Assembly (NCBI GenBank): GCA_964352425.1 | Contig: CAYGRZ010000004.1 | Span: 2,647 to 66,646 of the forward strand | Length of the DNA: 64,000 nucleotides | DNA from: an uncultured Planctomycetia bacterium | Lineage (GTDB): Bacteria; Omnitrophota; Gorgyraeia; 2-01-FULL-45-10 | Direction: 5' to 3' | Shown: one piece after another, positions 63,911-64,000 of the stretch | Position numbering within the stretch: position 1 is the first letter of the stretch | Layout: each line of letters opens with the position of its first letter | Notes under the pieces: model-generated | Databases searched by the model: none | What the model saw: only the letters and a program-made list of their open reading frames with translations | What the model was told of the DNA's origin: nothing | Made by a program: the position numbers and the translations under genes

Positions 63911-64000
63911 ATTAGCTGCGAGCGATTTTAATAGCTTTATGACTATTTCTCTATCTTCGGCCGGTATCGTTCTAAGCTCTTTAAATTGTAAAGAAAGATT

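Overview
This is a GC-rich bacterial window in which every supportable gene lies on the minus strand. That gives 20 co-directional CDSs, many with overlapping or near-abutting stop and start codons, so the window probably holds a few long transcription units. I found no rRNA, tRNA or CRISPR array. The plus-strand ORFs in the track look like antisense shadows typical of high-GC DNA.

The first 27 kb reads as a glucan locus, probably for beta-1,2-glucan. It starts at the window edge with a C-terminal HypF-like fragment, then a MetE-like cobalamin-independent methionine synthase and an HtpX-like M48 protease carrying an EF-hand-like loop. These are followed by a ROK regulator, two sugar ABC permeases, a lipoprotein solute-binding protein and an OmpR/histidine-kinase pair. 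There are three paralogous secreted six-hairpin (alpha/alpha)6 glycoside hydrolase-like proteins (GH144/DUF3131-like), a TPR-like secreted protein and a putative outer-membrane beta-barrel. The locus also has five copies of one CBM-like beta-sandwich domain. An unusual 2080-aa protein joins a signal peptide and that CBM-like domain to a large polytopic membrane region and a cytoplasmic GH94-type glycoside phosphorylase module.

The remaining 57% of the window is two giant genes. One encodes a secreted 2656-aa protein with an embedded phosphoglucomutase/phosphomannomutase domain. The other is a 28.5-kb gene for a 9517-aa protein. Reading along that chain I recognise, in order:
- a Lys/Glu/Ala-rich coiled coil;
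- a SecA-like motor module with a degenerate Walker A;
- three clusters of transmembrane helices;
- a GH144-like domain paralogous to the standalone ones;
- several TolC/OEP-like repeats;
- a YD-like beta-repeat region;
- an HExxH motif;
- a radical-SAM domain with a SPASM/twitch extension;
- a PtsI (PTS Enzyme I)-like PEP-utilising module.

I regard this composite megaprotein, and the way both giants echo the glucan locus, as the most novel content of the window. Taxonomic origin cannot be fixed from sequence alone. Giant multidomain ORFs of this kind have been reported in candidate phyla such as Omnitrophota, but that is only a suggestion.
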